This document shows positions 37,189-51,800 of a stretch of 64,000 nt of DNA, in pieces. The notes beneath the pieces are model-generated. The model saw only the letters and a list, made by a program, of their open reading frames with translations. It searched no databases and was not told where the DNA came from. How positions within the stretch are numbered: position 1 is the first letter of the stretch; each line of letters begins with the position of its first letter. A program made the translations under genes and the position numbers. Location: contig NC_057718.1 of the NCBI RefSeq assembly GCF_004010195.1, positions 5,230,325 to 5,294,324 of the forward strand, written 5' to 3'. The DNA comes from Chiloscyllium plagiosum (lineage: Eukaryota).

Positions 37189-37224
37189 AATCGACGTTTC
37201 GGGCAAAAGCCCTTCATCAGGAAT
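37189..37224 (-). ncRNA. Minimal type I hammerhead ribozyme motif (Penelope-associated), intact core
   Basis: Minus strand: attc-CUGAUGA-A-GGGC-uuuu-GCCC-GAAAC-GUC-gauu. Confidence 0.7.
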
Positions 37225-37304
37225 AGAGGCAGAGTGCCCGCGGAGTGGAGAGATATATGAGAGGGGGGTGGGAGTGGGGAGAAAGTAGCATAGAGTACAA
37301 TAGG

Positions 37305-38098
37305 NNNNNNNNNNNNNNNNNNNNNNNNNNNNNNNNNNNNNNNNNNNNNNNNNNNNNNNNNNNNNNNNNNNNNNNNNNNNNNNNNNNNNNNNNNNNNNNN
37401 NNNNNNNNNNNNNNNNNNNNNNNNNNNNNNNNNNNNNNNNNNNNNNNNNNNNNNNNNNNNNNNNNNNNNNNNNNNNNNNNNNNNNNNNNNNNNNNNNNNN
37501 NNNNNNNNNNNNNNNNNNNNNNNNNNNNNNNNNNNNNNNNNNNNNNNNNNNNNNNNNNNNNNNNNNNNNNNNNNNNNNNNNNNNNNNNNNNNNNNNNNNN
37601 NNNNNNNNNNNNNNNNNNNNNNNNNNNNNNNNNNNNNNNNNNNNNNNNNNNNNNNNNNNNNNNNNNNNNNNNNNNNNNNNNNNNNNNNNNNNNNNNNNNN
37701 NNNNNNNNNNNNNNNNNNNNNNNNNNNNNNNNNNNNNNNNNNNNNNNNNNNNNNNNNNNNNNNNNNNNNNNNNNNNNNNNNNNNNNNNNNNNNNNNNNNN
37801 NNNNNNNNNNNNNNNNNNNNNNNNNNNNNNNNNNNNNNNNNNNNNNNNNNNNNNNNNNNNNNNNNNNNNNNNNNNNNNNNNNNNNNNNNNNNNNNNNNNN
37901 NNNNNNNNNNNNNNNNNNNNNNNNNNNNNNNNNNNNNNNNNNNNNNNNNNNNNNNNNNNNNNNNNNNNNNNNNNNNNNNNNNNNNNNNNNNNNNNNNNNN
38001 NNNNNNNNNNNNNNNNNNNNNNNNNNNNNNNNNNNNNNNNNNNNNNNNNNNNNNNNNNNNNNNNNNNNNNNNNNNNNNNNNNNNNNNNNNNNNNNNNN
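37305..38098. other. Assembly gap (794 N)
   Basis: Run of N. Confidence 1.
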
Positions 38099-39397
38099 AA
38101 AAAATGTCAGTGTCAAGTCGGTCGTCATTAATGGAGATGGAGAGGTCCAGGAAGTGGAGGGAGGTGTCAGAGATGGTCCAGGTAAATTTAAGGTCAGGGT
38201 GGAATGTGTTGGTGAAGTTGATGAATTGCTCAATCTCCTCACGGGAGCACGAGGTGGCACCAATGCAGTCATCAATGTAGCGGAGGAAGAGGTGGGGAGT
38301 GGTGCTGGTGTAATTACAGAAGATGGACTGTTCTATGTAGCCAACAAAGAGACAGGCATAGCTGGAGCCCATTTGGGTGCCCATGGCTACCCCTTTGGTC
38401 TGGAGAAAGTGGGAGAATTTGAAGGAGAAATTGTTAAGGGTGAGGACCAGTTCAGCCAAACACTGTTGAATACAATCTTCACTGACATACAGAAGACTAA
38501 ATAACACACATACACATACTATACTCACTAACACAGAGACTGCTGAATAACACACACACACACAATCTTCACTGACATACAGAAGGCTGAATAACACACA
38601 CACACACACAATACTCACTAACACACAGACTGTGGAGCAACCAACACACAATACTCACTAACACAGACTACTGACCCTGGTCAGATGTTGGTCACGTGGT
38701 TATATTTTTAGATAAAGAATTCTGAGTTTATAATTCATATTGTACACTGGCAATTTAAGAATTTGAAATCAATGTCAAAAAATCTTGAAGTGAAAAGCTG
38801 GTAATAGTACACATTGCCTTGAAGCTGTCAAATTGACGTGGTGTCAATTAAACTATTAATCAGGAATTTGGGAAGTCAATTCACTGATGATCCATTTTCC
38901 ATTATAACACCATTTGGAAATCTACCTCAGTGATGTTGCCTTATCAAGAATACAGACAACAACGTCAAACAAATCAGCCAGGTTTTAGTCCCAGCTTGGG
39001 GAGTGATCAACATTATTTATAATAATGAGGGAAGAACATTGGAGCTTAAACCCTCATGCCAACTTTGATCGCTGCCGATTGTATTATCTTGAGGATTCTT
39101 GATTGCATCTCATCTGGTCCATGTGCCTATTAATATTTCATGCTTTTTAAACTCATTAATTGATTATAATTTTACCAGTCAATTTAGATCTTGAGTTTGA
39201 TCACAGACTTAATTTGCGTAAAATCAAATTAATGTATTTTCGCTTTCCGGATCCTTTTAAATGTCCTACCTTACACCAAGCCACACGTCTCTCACTTGTG
39301 TCTCTGCGGATATTCATTTTCTCCCAATCTATTTCTAAAGCTCTCGGCAAAGATATTAACATGTTCAATGGGGGTTTTCCTTTCCAACTTGCATTTA

Positions 39398-39745
39398 GAG
39401 TCACAGAGTCATTGAGATGTTCAGAGCAGAAACAGATCCTTCGGTCCAACGTGTCCATGCTGACCAGTTATCCTAAATTAATCTAGTCCTATTTGCCAGC
39501 ACTTAGCCCATATCCCTCTAAACCCTTCCTATTCATTTACTCATCCAGATGCCTTTTAAATGCTGTAATTGTACCAGCCTCCACCACTTCCTCTGGCAGC
39601 TCATTCCAAACACGTACCACCTTCTGCGTGAAAAAGTTGCCCCTTAGTTCTCTTTTACATCTTTCTCCTCTCACCCTAAACCTTTGCCCTCTAGTTCTGG
39701 ACTCCCCCAACCCAGGGAAAAGACCTTGTCTATTTACCCCATCCG
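39398..39745 (-). mobile_element. CR1 3' end
   Basis: Reverse-complement match to 29090-29424. Confidence 0.85.
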
Positions 39746-42030
39746 TTTACTCATTCATCCTTCTCAGCTAGCTAGACCTGGAATTCCAGCCTCTTTTATA
39801 TCCTCATTTCCTTTTTTCCATTTCTGGTGTAGCCCCCAATTCCCTCTTGGTGACTGCATACTTAGTTATGGAATTCCTTTTTCAATCTCACCACATCTCC
39901 TCCTTTAAAACTCAGTTATACAATTATAGAATTATATAGTACAGAGAAGTCCCTTTGGCTTATCAAGTTTGTACTGTCAAAAATATTACCTGTACTAGTT
40001 CCCCTTCCCGAACTAGGCCAATAGCCTTGAATGTTATGACAGTTCAAATGTTCATCCAAGGGTGTGAGGTTACCCACCTCAACTACCCTCCAGGCAGTGC
40101 ACACTACAACCTCCCCTTACACTACCCTCTGGATGAAAATGGTTTTTCTCAAAGCACTTCAAACTTCCTACCTTTCACTTTAAAAATATGCCCCCTCCTT
40201 GACCCTTTGACTAAGTGGAACAGCTGCTTTCTGCCCATCCTTTGTCCAGGCCCCCCCATAATCTCATAAACTTCTATAACATTTTTCTCCAACCTTCTCC
40301 ACTCCAAAAAAAAACCTGTGTTTATCCTGCCTCCCTTCATTGCTGAATGCCCCATTCCAAGCAACATTCTTTTTGATCTTCTCCACACCCCCTCACATCC
40401 TTCCTATTGACATTACCAAGCTCTAGGTTACGTAGGGGAATTTCAGTGCAGTCACCCAATCCAGATGAGAGAGCGGTGATCCGGATATGGCTTCTGTAAT
40501 GGATGATGACATTCCAGACGTTGCGGTTTTTCTTCTGGACTCGATCCTGGAGATTGAACATGCTGTAAGCAGTGAGTATAGAGGGGTGAGTATTTCAACC
40601 AATGACTGGATCACTGATTGAGTGACTTTACTCTGGAAGGTGCTGAATATTGTGACCGTTAATGTGCCTGCATCTGTCCAGGAAACAAGTGATCATTCTC
40701 TCACAGTCTAACATCGATCTTGGTAGTCGATGGAATGGCAGTCAGGAGTTGAATTGTTTGATATCACACCCAACACCTGAACTGCTTTTGATGATGTAGC
40801 TGGATCTGCTTTTCATCAGTGATGACAGTCAGGCTTATCATAGTGATGCTGATGGTTGGCCAGAGGGAGATGGTCCAACTATCTCATGTCCATTTGTTGT
40901 TATGTGGAATTAATGTTATGACAGGCTGGAGGAGTGCACTCTCTGTCTCTCTATTCCCACTACTCCAAGTGTCACAACATAAAACAACATTTTGTCAATA
41001 TCCAAGAAGACAAATTAGACACAATCAGATAAAATGATCCACTAACCAGATTTCTTAAGGAACACACTAATGGATTTATATTCAAAGCAAAACTTATTCA
41101 ATAAAATTATTGTTTAACGCACGTGGTTAGTAATACAGAGGGATAAGGGCTTATCCATGTAGATATCCCCAAAACACAAAGACAGACAGACAGATAGACA
41201 AGACACACACATATTTATCTGCAGCAATGTTGCCAATGAGATATTCTTGAAAGCAAGAGGATAAAGCACATGATGTTCTGGAGTCTAATGCTCAGATGTT
41301 CTGGCAAATGTGGTCAAGTCACCAGTAATACACAGCTGTCTCTGAACTCTTGCAGAAATAGCTTGTTCATGTAATACAATCTTAGAATGTTTTTCAGTCA
41401 ATCTTTTAAAAGAACAAAGCAACTTCACCCTGAACTGTTATAGAGGCTTTTCTTTTCAGAAATGGGAAAGATCAGCTAGACAGCTTGTTTTTAAAAAGCT
41501 TTCTTCCAACTGAACCACAGAAGACAGGAGATTTTTCAAAGCCGTGACTGTTCAAACGCCAGCTCCAGCAGTACCCAGAGCAATTTTTCCAGTTATCACC
41601 AGCCATGTGATTTTCAGGAAGCTTTAATAGAAAAGATTCAATGACCACTGTGAACTTTCAATGAATAAACCACTCTACCTCTGTTCACAAAATTAAAATA
41701 AACTCAATCTTCTGCAACCCTGCAGAACCCAAGCCTTCCAAGCAATATTGAATATACAGCATCCAGGTAAGACTTGGTCAACATAACAATGGGTCAACAT
41801 GTAACAAGATACACAGAGGATCTTGTGGCAAGGTGTCATAGAATCAAAGCATCATATAATACAGAAGAGGTCTTTTGGCCCATTGAGTCTGTACCATCCA
41901 AGCTGCATTAAATCTACGTGAGAACCACTTTCCACCTGTCAGCCCATAGCCTCGAATGTTATGACATTTAGTGGTCATGTTCCTATCTTTTGGTTCAAGT
42001 GCTACTTGCTTTGGAGGTACATCATAACAT

Positions 42031-42338
42031 GGGCGGCACAGTGGCACAGTGGTTAGCACTGCTGCCTCGCAGCGCCAGAGACCCGGGTTCAACTCCCGCC
42101 TCAGGCGACTCTCTGTGTGGAGTTTGCAGATTCTCCCTGTGTCTGCGTGGGTTTCCTCCGGATGCTCCGGTTTCCTCCCACAATCCAAAAATGTGCAGGT
42201 CAGATGAATTGCCCGTAGTGTTAGGTGAAGGGTAAATGTAGGAGAATGGGTTTGGTGGGTTACGCTTCGGCGGGTCGGTGTGGACTTGTTGGATTAGATT
42301 CCCTACCTGTTTCCACACTGTAGGGAATCTAATCTAAT
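42031..42338 (+). mobile_element. HE1/V-SINE-like SINE
   Basis: gggcggcacagtggcacagtggttagcac...gggttcaactcc...cactgtagggaatctaatctaatc. Confidence 0.88.
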
Positions 42339-43649
42339 CATGTCTGAACAAGTTGGTTAAAAATAACTGACAACAACATACCTCCAGAGAAGATAGACTA
42401 CACAGTGTCTATGTCCAATCCAATGTTCTCCCAATAAGATCTTGTGTGTTGTTCTTGCCATTACTGTCTATGGAGTAATACAGTGTAATGGACATTTTCT
42501 TCAGTTATATAGAGCCCTGATTTCAAGTCAGAGGTTTTACAAAGAGTGAACTACCCACTACATTTAAAAATACATTTGGACAGGCACATAACAGGAAACA
42601 TTTTGAGGAATATGGACCAAATGCTGCCAAATGGGACTAGATTAGTTTGGGATACCTACTTGGCATGGATGTGTTAGATCGAAGGGTCTGTTTCCATGCT
42701 GCATGACTCTATGACTCTATAAAGAACATTACAGCTATCATGAGGTGGTGATGGTCCACTGGTATTCATCTTGCAGCACAGTTAATGTTCTGAGGACCAG
42801 TGTTCAAATCCTACCATGGTGAAATTTGAAATCAATAAAAACTTTCTCTGAAGAGTCCAATGAAACTGTTGCCAATTATTGAGGAAAATGCCCTCAAGTT
42901 CACTAATATTCTTGAGGGAATGAAGGTGCCCTGCATGGGACTGTAGACCTACAGCAATATGGTTGACTCTTAACTGTCCTCTGGCCAATTAGAGATGGGT
43001 GATAAATGCTGGCTGTGTCAGTGATGCTCACATCCAGTGAATGAATTTTTAAAAATACTTGAAAGAAGTCAGATATTTTCATTCCAATGTATTTGAGTGG
43101 TTAACAGTGTGGTCTACATGGCCCAAATGAAATGCAAAATAACCTGTTACAATGTAATAAAATAACAATTGACCCATTCAAGAAATAATGTCAATTATCA
43201 TTCATAAACTGATTTAATAATTTGAATAAATAGAAAACAAAATGTAAACAGATAAATCGTACAATCATTTATTTATTGACACTGATTTTTACTAATATTG
43301 ACACTGATTTTTACTAATATTGATAGATTTGCAATCAAGTTGTAGCAATCACATCTTCAGAACTATACTTTTGTTCGGATAGCTTTGAGCTTTAATGTCT
43401 GAAAGCTAGGGGCAACTTCTTACACAGAGAGTATGAAAAGTTAATGTTTTTTCTGGGCCAAACTCATAGGATTGTCTGACATAAAATCACATTGACACAA
43501 GTGGGTAGAATATACTTACTCCCTGTTAGTTGTGTCCCAAGTGATTATGAACTATCATTCCCTACACCCTTAATATTGCAAATAATCTTTTACATGACAC
43601 CTTTCCAAATGCCTTCCAGAAACCATATGGACAGCATCAACCAACAGTT

Positions 43650-44135
43650 AGAGAGTCGTGTAGATATACAGACTGGAAACAGACCCTTCAGTACAACTCA
43701 TCCATGTTGATCAGATATCCTAAATTAATCTAGTCCAATTTGCCAGCATTTGGCCATTATCCCTCTAAACCCTTCTTATTCATGTCCCCATCCGGATGCC
43801 TTTTAAATGTTGTAATTGTACCAGCCTCCACACTTCCCATGGCAGCTCATTCCATACACGCACCACCCTCTGTGCGAAAAGCTGCCCCTTAGGTTCCTTT
43901 TAAATCTTTCCCCTCTCACGATAAACCTAGGCCCTCTAGCTCTGGATTCCCCCACCCTGGGGAAGAGACCTTGTGTATTTACCCTATTCATGCCCCTCAT
44001 GATTATAAGGCCACCCCCAACCCCCTACCCCCTAGGCAAAGTAGCCACAGTCACTTCAGCCCCAACCTAGAGCTCAAATTCTCCAAACCCGGCAACATCC
44101 TTGTAAATCATTTCTAAACCTTTTCACGTTTAACT
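43650..44135 (-). mobile_element. CR1 3' end
   Basis: MRGMNRVNTQGLFPRVGESRARG plus CR1 tail. Confidence 0.8.
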
Positions 44136-46689
44136 ATGTTACTCCTGGAAATGGACTTGAATCTACAACCTCAGGGATTCAGAGGAAAGAGTAACAGAGC
44201 TCACAAATCTGCAGGCTGGTAAAGTAAAGATTAGACCATCTGCTCTTGTCCTGTTTCATGGCAGAACACCACCCCCTATGTTCTCTGTGGGACATTTCCA
44301 ATTGCTATTCTGGTCCCCATATGGTTACTTTGCCTGAGAAATATTGTTAATACAAGATGTGCTTAGACTGTATAAGCACTGATTCTCTCTTGCAGCTATT
44401 TCCTCTCATCCTATTTCACTATTTTTGCCCCAGTCAACTTCCATATGTTGCTCTCTCAAGTATTTATTCCATCTTTCCTTTATGCTGAAAATAACTGAGT
44501 CTCAATAAGGAGACCGCATATGCTTGATCCTCTTCTCCAGTTGATTTCAATTAATGAACCTAAAGACTGTGCTGCTTGAATGGGCAAAATAATAGTAAAG
44601 CAATCTTCAAGTATTGTAAAATATATTGATGCAATTTATATAATGATGTTGAGGAATGTTATGTCAGGAGTTTGTAGGCACTGTATATCAATCAATGTGG
44701 GGGTCAGGCAATTAAAAGCAAATATGGCTCTGGAACTTTCTTTAGCTTGCATCTGGGAGCACTTAAAAAAGAACCTGATCTCTCAAATCGCAATTGATAA
44801 CTTAAGTTCTGGATGCTGTACTAATTGGCATCATGTGCTGTGGCCAATCAGCTCTGTCTCCCAGTGCCTTGTTAAATGGTAGGGTGGAAAGGTCACAGGT
44901 CCCCAAGCTGTAATTGCTGCTCAAAATTGAAAGGCTGACTGAGGGACAGAGAAATGTTGGGAATGCAGGAAGGCAAAATAAATAGTTTTTTTTTGGATAA
45001 GCCCTGTTCGTGGTCTTGAATGATTGACCATTAAAATAGGGAGATGCTCATGGGGTCAAATATTTCAAATAAATACTGAATAGAAGGGAAAAGGGCGTCT
45101 TCATAGAGAGACTCTAACCAGAGAGTAAAGGAGGCTTAAGGAGCTAAACACTCACTTCCTCTATTACTGGTGCACAGGGGCATCAAGATGTATTGCATCA
45201 ACTTAATAAGCTTCCTGTGCCAGCATCTTTCAAACTTCTACTGTCTAGGAGGACAAAGGTAGCAGACAAATAGGAATGTCAGCATCTGCTAGTTTCCTTC
45301 CAAATCACTCCTCATCCTACCTTGAAAATATATTGCTGTACCTTCAGTGTTGTGGTTTCTCAATCCTGGAGCTCCCGATTAGAAGTAGATTACCTTCCAT
45401 GGGATGTAGCAGTTCAAGAATGTGGTTCACCACTGCCTTCTCATAAAGTAACTGGTCATGTGGAATAAATGCTGGTCCAGCCAGTGATAGCCACATCCCA
45501 TGAACAAACAAAGGGATATAGGTATTGGGTGAGGGCTACAGAATGTAACATTCTGGGCCACAGTCTGGTTGAGGCTAAAATGTTGAATGTTTTTAAGAAG
45601 GAGTTGGATACAGTTCTTTGATCTGAAGCGATCAAGGGGAGAAACCAAGAACAGAGATCTGTTAGTCATGATTATGTTAAAACGTGGAGCAGGCTTGAAG
45701 GGCTGAATGGCCTATTCCTGCTCCTGTTTTCTATGTTGCTATATTATGTCATAGACTATTCAGAGACAGAAACTGGAGACAAGGCTGAAGAAAGAAGTAG
45801 ACGTGCTGAATGGAGACCAGTGAGAGATACTGAGCCAGAGATTAGTGACACTAGAGTAAGGCATAAGGGTGAGTCTTGTCAAGGAACTACTGAGTTGATG
45901 AGAATAGCTCCAGAAATTGTCATGTACTGGATAAGAAAGTGACATGATGGACAGGACAGGACACGTCTACAGGAATGATGATGTTAATAAAATCAAAATA
46001 GGGGCTAGGATTCTGAAACATTCAAAAGCTCTTTGACTTAAAGACGTTACACAAATATTGCTTTTAAAAAAAAATCATCCCAATGCCTCAGCGGAAGGGT
46101 CACTCGACCCAAAACATTAATTCTGATTTCTCTCCACAGATGCACCCAGACCTGCTGAGTTTTTCCAGCATTTTCTATTTTTGCCTCTGATCATCTACTG
46201 TGTGCTGGAATATTACTGTGCATTAGCTCAATATTGTTCACATTAGTTATACATTTGCTATGTAACGGTAAATTGAAGTGTAATGAATGCCACATTTTGA
46301 CTAAAGAATTATTTAGGGTTAGATCTCACCAAGTAAACCCAACCTGAATAAATAATTTAAAAGTCAACCTGGGATTCTGGTTGTAATTCAAAACAGTTCG
46401 ATGATTACAGCCAGATGACTCGGACTATGTCTGTAGTGCTTGACTGTGTTTGTAAATTTAGGAGTATCTGGAAGGGCCTGTTTGCTCTAGTCAGTGGTGT
46501 TTCCATAACACAAACAAAATAGAGGAACACGCAGGATGTGAAGGCGCTGACATTTGCAGAATTTGCACAAATAGCAATCACTGTATCTGTTCAGTCTTCT
46601 CGCTCATTACATGCAAAGAAAGGGCCAGATGTTCATGATCTCACGATATTCTCAAGCAATTCTGGAGTAGGAAATGCAGCAGCAAGTTA

Positions 46690-47210
46690 GGAACATAGGA
46701 ACAGGAATAGAATAGAATAATTGCATATAATAGAATAGAATAGAACATTCAGCCCCTCGAGCCTGTTCTACCATTCATTAAAATCATGGCTGATCTGTGA
46801 CCTAGTCCCATACACCTGCCTTTGGCCCATATCCCTTAATGCCTTTTGCTTAACAAAAAATTAACCATCTCAGATTTAAAATTAACAACTGATCCAGCAT
46901 CTACTGTCATTTATGGAAGAGAACACCTCCCACCCTTTGTGTTTCAAAGTGCTTCCTAACATCTGAACAGTCTGGCCTGACTCTCAGACTATGCCATCTC
47001 GTTCTCAAATCTCCAACCAGTGGGAAACAGTTTATCTTCACCTACCCTGATTTTTCCTGGTAATGTCTTGAAGATTTTGATCGGATTACTCCTTGATCTT
47101 CTAAATTCTAGAGAACAAAGGCCGAATTTGTGTGATTTCTCCTCAAACCTTAAACTCTGCAGTCCAAGTATCAGTCTTGTAAACCGATGTTGTTCTCCCT
47201 CGAAGGCCAA
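46690..47210 (-). mobile_element. Older CR1-like 3' fragment
   Basis: EQHRFTRLILGLQSLRFEEK...GLCSLEFRR. Confidence 0.65.
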
Positions 47211-48919
47211 AGTTTTATACACAGCCAGCTCTGACAATGAGATAATACTTAGATGGTTTGTATTTTGTGAAGCTTGCTGAGGGATAAGAACTTATTGGGA
47301 TTTCACGGAGAATGGCATTGCTTTGTTTTAACAGAGGTGTCTGCTCCAATGACCCTCTGTTGCAGAAGGTAAGAGGGTTACAACTGAAATCAAGCTTAAC
47401 CCTTCCAGTGAATATCCAATTATTTAACATGCCCTGGTTATTACCCTATCAGATGCATCCATTATACCTCGTGAAGGTAACTTCCTCCTATAACCCCAAA
47501 GGATTGTGTGCACTTGTGTCAAGCAGGAACCTATCAGTCTCCAAAACAAATGGTGTTACAATTGGAGAGGGCCCACGGCCTGAATGTTCTGAAGCAGGGT
47601 CACTGAACCTGAAACATTAACTCTGTTTTCTCTTCAGATGCTGACAGATCTACTGAGCTTTTCCAGAAATTTCTGTTCGAATCTTTTCTTTACTTTTTGT
47701 GACAAGGGAGAAAGCTATCTCAGGATCTTGAGCCTCAGAGAGACACGCCACTAAATTGTTCACAGATCAAAGTTGATCACAGTGAATATTGTAATTGTTA
47801 TTCGGTGATTCATATGTTACAATGATGATAAAGTTCTTCACAAGATGTTCTGGACACCTAAACTTGTGAAGACACCTATCAAAATGAAAATTTTCTTTTT
47901 TGAAGCTTTTTTAAAAAATTCTGTTGACAATGGTTAGACGTGTTGTGGGTGGTAATTTCTGTCACTTTGTCCCTCTGGGTGCTATATTTTTGGTGTGCCC
48001 CCTGTCTTATTCATTAAGGAACACTTTCAAGGGAAAGCAATTGACAAATCTATCTCAGGCGAAAGGGAAAAGAGGTTTTTTCACTCTTCATCAAGTTGTC
48101 CTGCAATGTTTGCATCTTGTATACTTAAGACTAAATTAAAACAGTATTAATTTCACACAAGATGTGCGCTGATATGTTGCACAGGAGAGTTGATTGAAAG
48201 ATTCATCAGCAAGATGGATTTAGGAATATTTAGATTTTTATTGTTCAAGAGGTGTGGGTGTCACTGGCAAGGTTAGTATTTATTGTCCAGCTCCAGTAGC
48301 CCTTAGACTGATTGGCTGTGAAGGCTAGCTGAATGTTAACCAATGGTGTAAGGTGAAGAGAAGATTAAGAGTAGGCTGAATTTATCAATAGGAGTCTCAT
48401 TGTCAGGGGAGCGGATACATTGAGGAATGATGGAGTGGATATTTGAGAGAGGCATGGAGGTCCTGAGAGTGTGGGGAGGAGGGAGATTAGAGAAAAATGA
48501 ATATTCTTATGAAGTTGAAGGTGTGTGCTGTACCTTTAAGTGAAAGAGAATGCTGTTCTGAACTGAGAGCTTACAAGCACCTGCGTATATGACTAGACAG
48601 CAGAGTGTCCTGGAAGTTTGAAAATATCTAACATTTGACTGTGAAATGGATACCTGAGTATTGATTGTTGTTTTAACAACAATTCTAATTTAACCAATCA
48701 GTTTGAATTATGCCCTAGGATACTAAAACTCAATCGAGTTTGAATTTGTTGTTTTGCCAACATTGAACCAATGAGATGATCTGATGTTGGAGGTATAAAA
48801 ATGCAGACATTTTGAAAATTGGTCAGACAGCAACTGCCATAGAGAGACCTAATTGCTCATATAACATCTTGCTCTCCAAAAATTATGAAACACTCTCTAT
48901 CAAAAGTACCTTTTCATGT

Positions 48920-49593
<674 letters not shown>

Positions 49594-51487
49594 TCCACGA
49601 TATTGGTGCAGGGGTCCTCCGGGGTGGTTTTCTAGGCTGAATCATCTTGAGTTGCTTCACCAATGCTCTTTCCTCCATCACAAAATCAAAAGTGGATGTT
49701 TGCCAATTATGCAATGTTCAGCACCATTCATGACTCCTCAGATACTGAAGCAATCCATGCTCAAATGTGACAAGAGATTTAAATAAGTACATTAATGGGA
49801 AAGATCTGGAGGGATATGGGCCAAGGAAAGGCAGATGGAGCTAGTTTAGTTTGGGAATACAGTTGGCGGGGACTGGTCAGACTGAAGGGACTGTTTCCAT
49901 GCTATATGATTGTATGACACAATGACTGCAACAGTCCAAGAAGGCAGCTCACCATCACCTTCTCCGGGGCAATTAGGGATCGGCAATAAATGCATGTACA
50001 TCTCATGAACAAACAAATCAAAACCTTGACAGCAAGACTGATGCATTAAATCCCTACACCACAAAGATCAATGGCATGTGGTAGGGGAGACATCTGGACC
50101 ACCATCTGCTGGAAAGAATGTTGGAGCCTCTGCCATTAATATGCTCCTCCAGACCACAGCATGCATGTAAATGTGTACATTGCTACAGCAACCCAGGACT
50201 TCTTGAGGGCTAGTTGTCTCATTTGTCTGAACAACTACTGTGGATCAGACTGGTACCAACAGCACAGGGTTCAGTCCCCTTTCTGGTTGGGCTGGACTAG
50301 ACTGGTCTCTTTGCTCCCCCTGTGGTAGAGACTACAATGTTGTGGGATAATGCTGCCTTTAGGGAGTGATTTCAAAAAGAAGAATGGCCCTTTCATTTGA
50401 GGAGGCACCAACAGTGGTTTACAAGACAGCTATTGAAATCAAGACTGATCAGTGGGGCTGTTAAGTATACCGTTAAACAAATGACTGGTACAGATAATCG
50501 TTACAGGCTGGTTAGGAAAGGGTTAATTAACTTGCCAGATTGATGCAGAATGAAGTGAATGCCATATTTTTGAGTTTCATTTATTTTAAATCAGAAAGAA
50601 GCCCGAGCTGAATGAATGCTTCATCATTCTTTATCATCAGAGGCAAGTTAACGCTTCTATTTTGCTCCTTTCCTAACTGCAAGAGGATTTATTCTGCTCC
50701 ATGTTTCCCCAGCTGTCAATCATCCTTGGGATCAAGCTTTCCTTTCCCTAGGGAATGGCTGTTACTATCCAGAGGTTTGAATGAACCAAACAGACCCATT
50801 CAGAGCAGTGCTGCCTGTCTGCATATTTGTAGCATCTCCATCAAGAGCATGTGTGACCCAAAAACATACTAAAACCACATTCACATTCACATCTGTATTT
50901 CATTCCAAGATCATCTATTACCTACATTCAGCACTCATATTGAATTCCATAGTACATCATGAAGCATTTACAATGGAATTATCCCTTAAATTGTTAGCTG
51001 CCAAACTACTGAAATTAACTTTAGTCAGATTATTGGATAAATTCAAGGAAAAGCTCACAAGAATCAAGAGCAGGAGTAAGCCATTTGATAAGATCATTGC
51101 TGATTTGATTTTAGCCTCAACTCCATGTTTCTGTCTGCTTCCCAATAATCCTTTCTTCTTCATCGACCAGAGAATGTCAACCTCAGCCTTGAACATATTT
51201 AATCATCCTGCCTCCACTGTTCTCTGGGGAAGAGAATTTAACAAATCAAAGCCTTGTTTCAATTTGCCCTCAGACTACAATTTCATGAATTATATTTGAT
51301 GAGTAAGGGGCTAGATAGCCTTAGTATTTAGTCTATCTTCAGTTCTGTCAATTTAAGACTTTGAGAACTTCTTCTGCAGTTTTAGATATGTGGAATATGC
51401 TCTCAGATAAAAATGATTAGGAATGATCAACATCTCTGGCAAAATGGGTCATGAATTTCAGGTTTGGAAAAACAATTTATAAGCATA

Positions 51488-51800
51488 TTAGATTGGATTA
51501 GATTACATTACAGTGTGGAAACAGGCCCTTCGGCCCAACAAGTCCACACCGACCCACCGAAGTGCAACCCACCCATACCCCTACATTTACCCCTTACCTA
51601 ACACTATGGGCAATTTAGCATGGCCAATTCACCTGACCTGCACATCTTTGGACTGTGGGAGGAAACTGGAGCACCCGGAGGAAACCCACGCAGACACGGG
51701 GAGAACGTGCAAACTCCACACAGTCAGTTGCCTGAGGCGGGAAATGAACCCGGATCTCCGGCACTGAGGCAGCAGTGCTAACCACTGTGCCACCGTGCCG
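51488..51800 (-). mobile_element. HE1/V-SINE-like SINE, young copy
   Basis: CpG-retaining and nearly identical to 54065-54374. Confidence 0.9.

Larger units (their letters stand above)
37135..38462 (-). mobile_element. Young Penelope-like element (RT with YIDD) spanning an assembly gap
   Basis: LAELVLTLNNFSF...QTKGVAMGTQMGSSYACLFVG...FLRYIDDCIG is open through 38099-38460. Intact hammerhead motif at the terminus. Confidence 0.88.
36765..38672. repeat. AC-rich satellite (~40 bp subunits, gactgaataacaca...cactaacaca / ttcttcactgacatacagaa) split by a Penelope insertion
   Basis: The same units lie at 36765-37135 and 38460-38672. Confidence 0.85.

Noticed and set aside
37164..38651. Long ORFs of 495, 352 and 419 aa
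   Set aside because: Artefacts of reading through the 794-N gap; the real content is satellite plus a Penelope RT fragment.
36765..38672. Regularly spaced repeats resembling a CRISPR array (also 2625-2995)
   Set aside because: There are no unique spacers and no cas genes, and the context is vertebrate; these are tandem repeats.
50781..51299. 172-aa plus-strand ORF
   Set aside because: No recognisable domain, and its 3' half runs into a decayed CR1-type tail.
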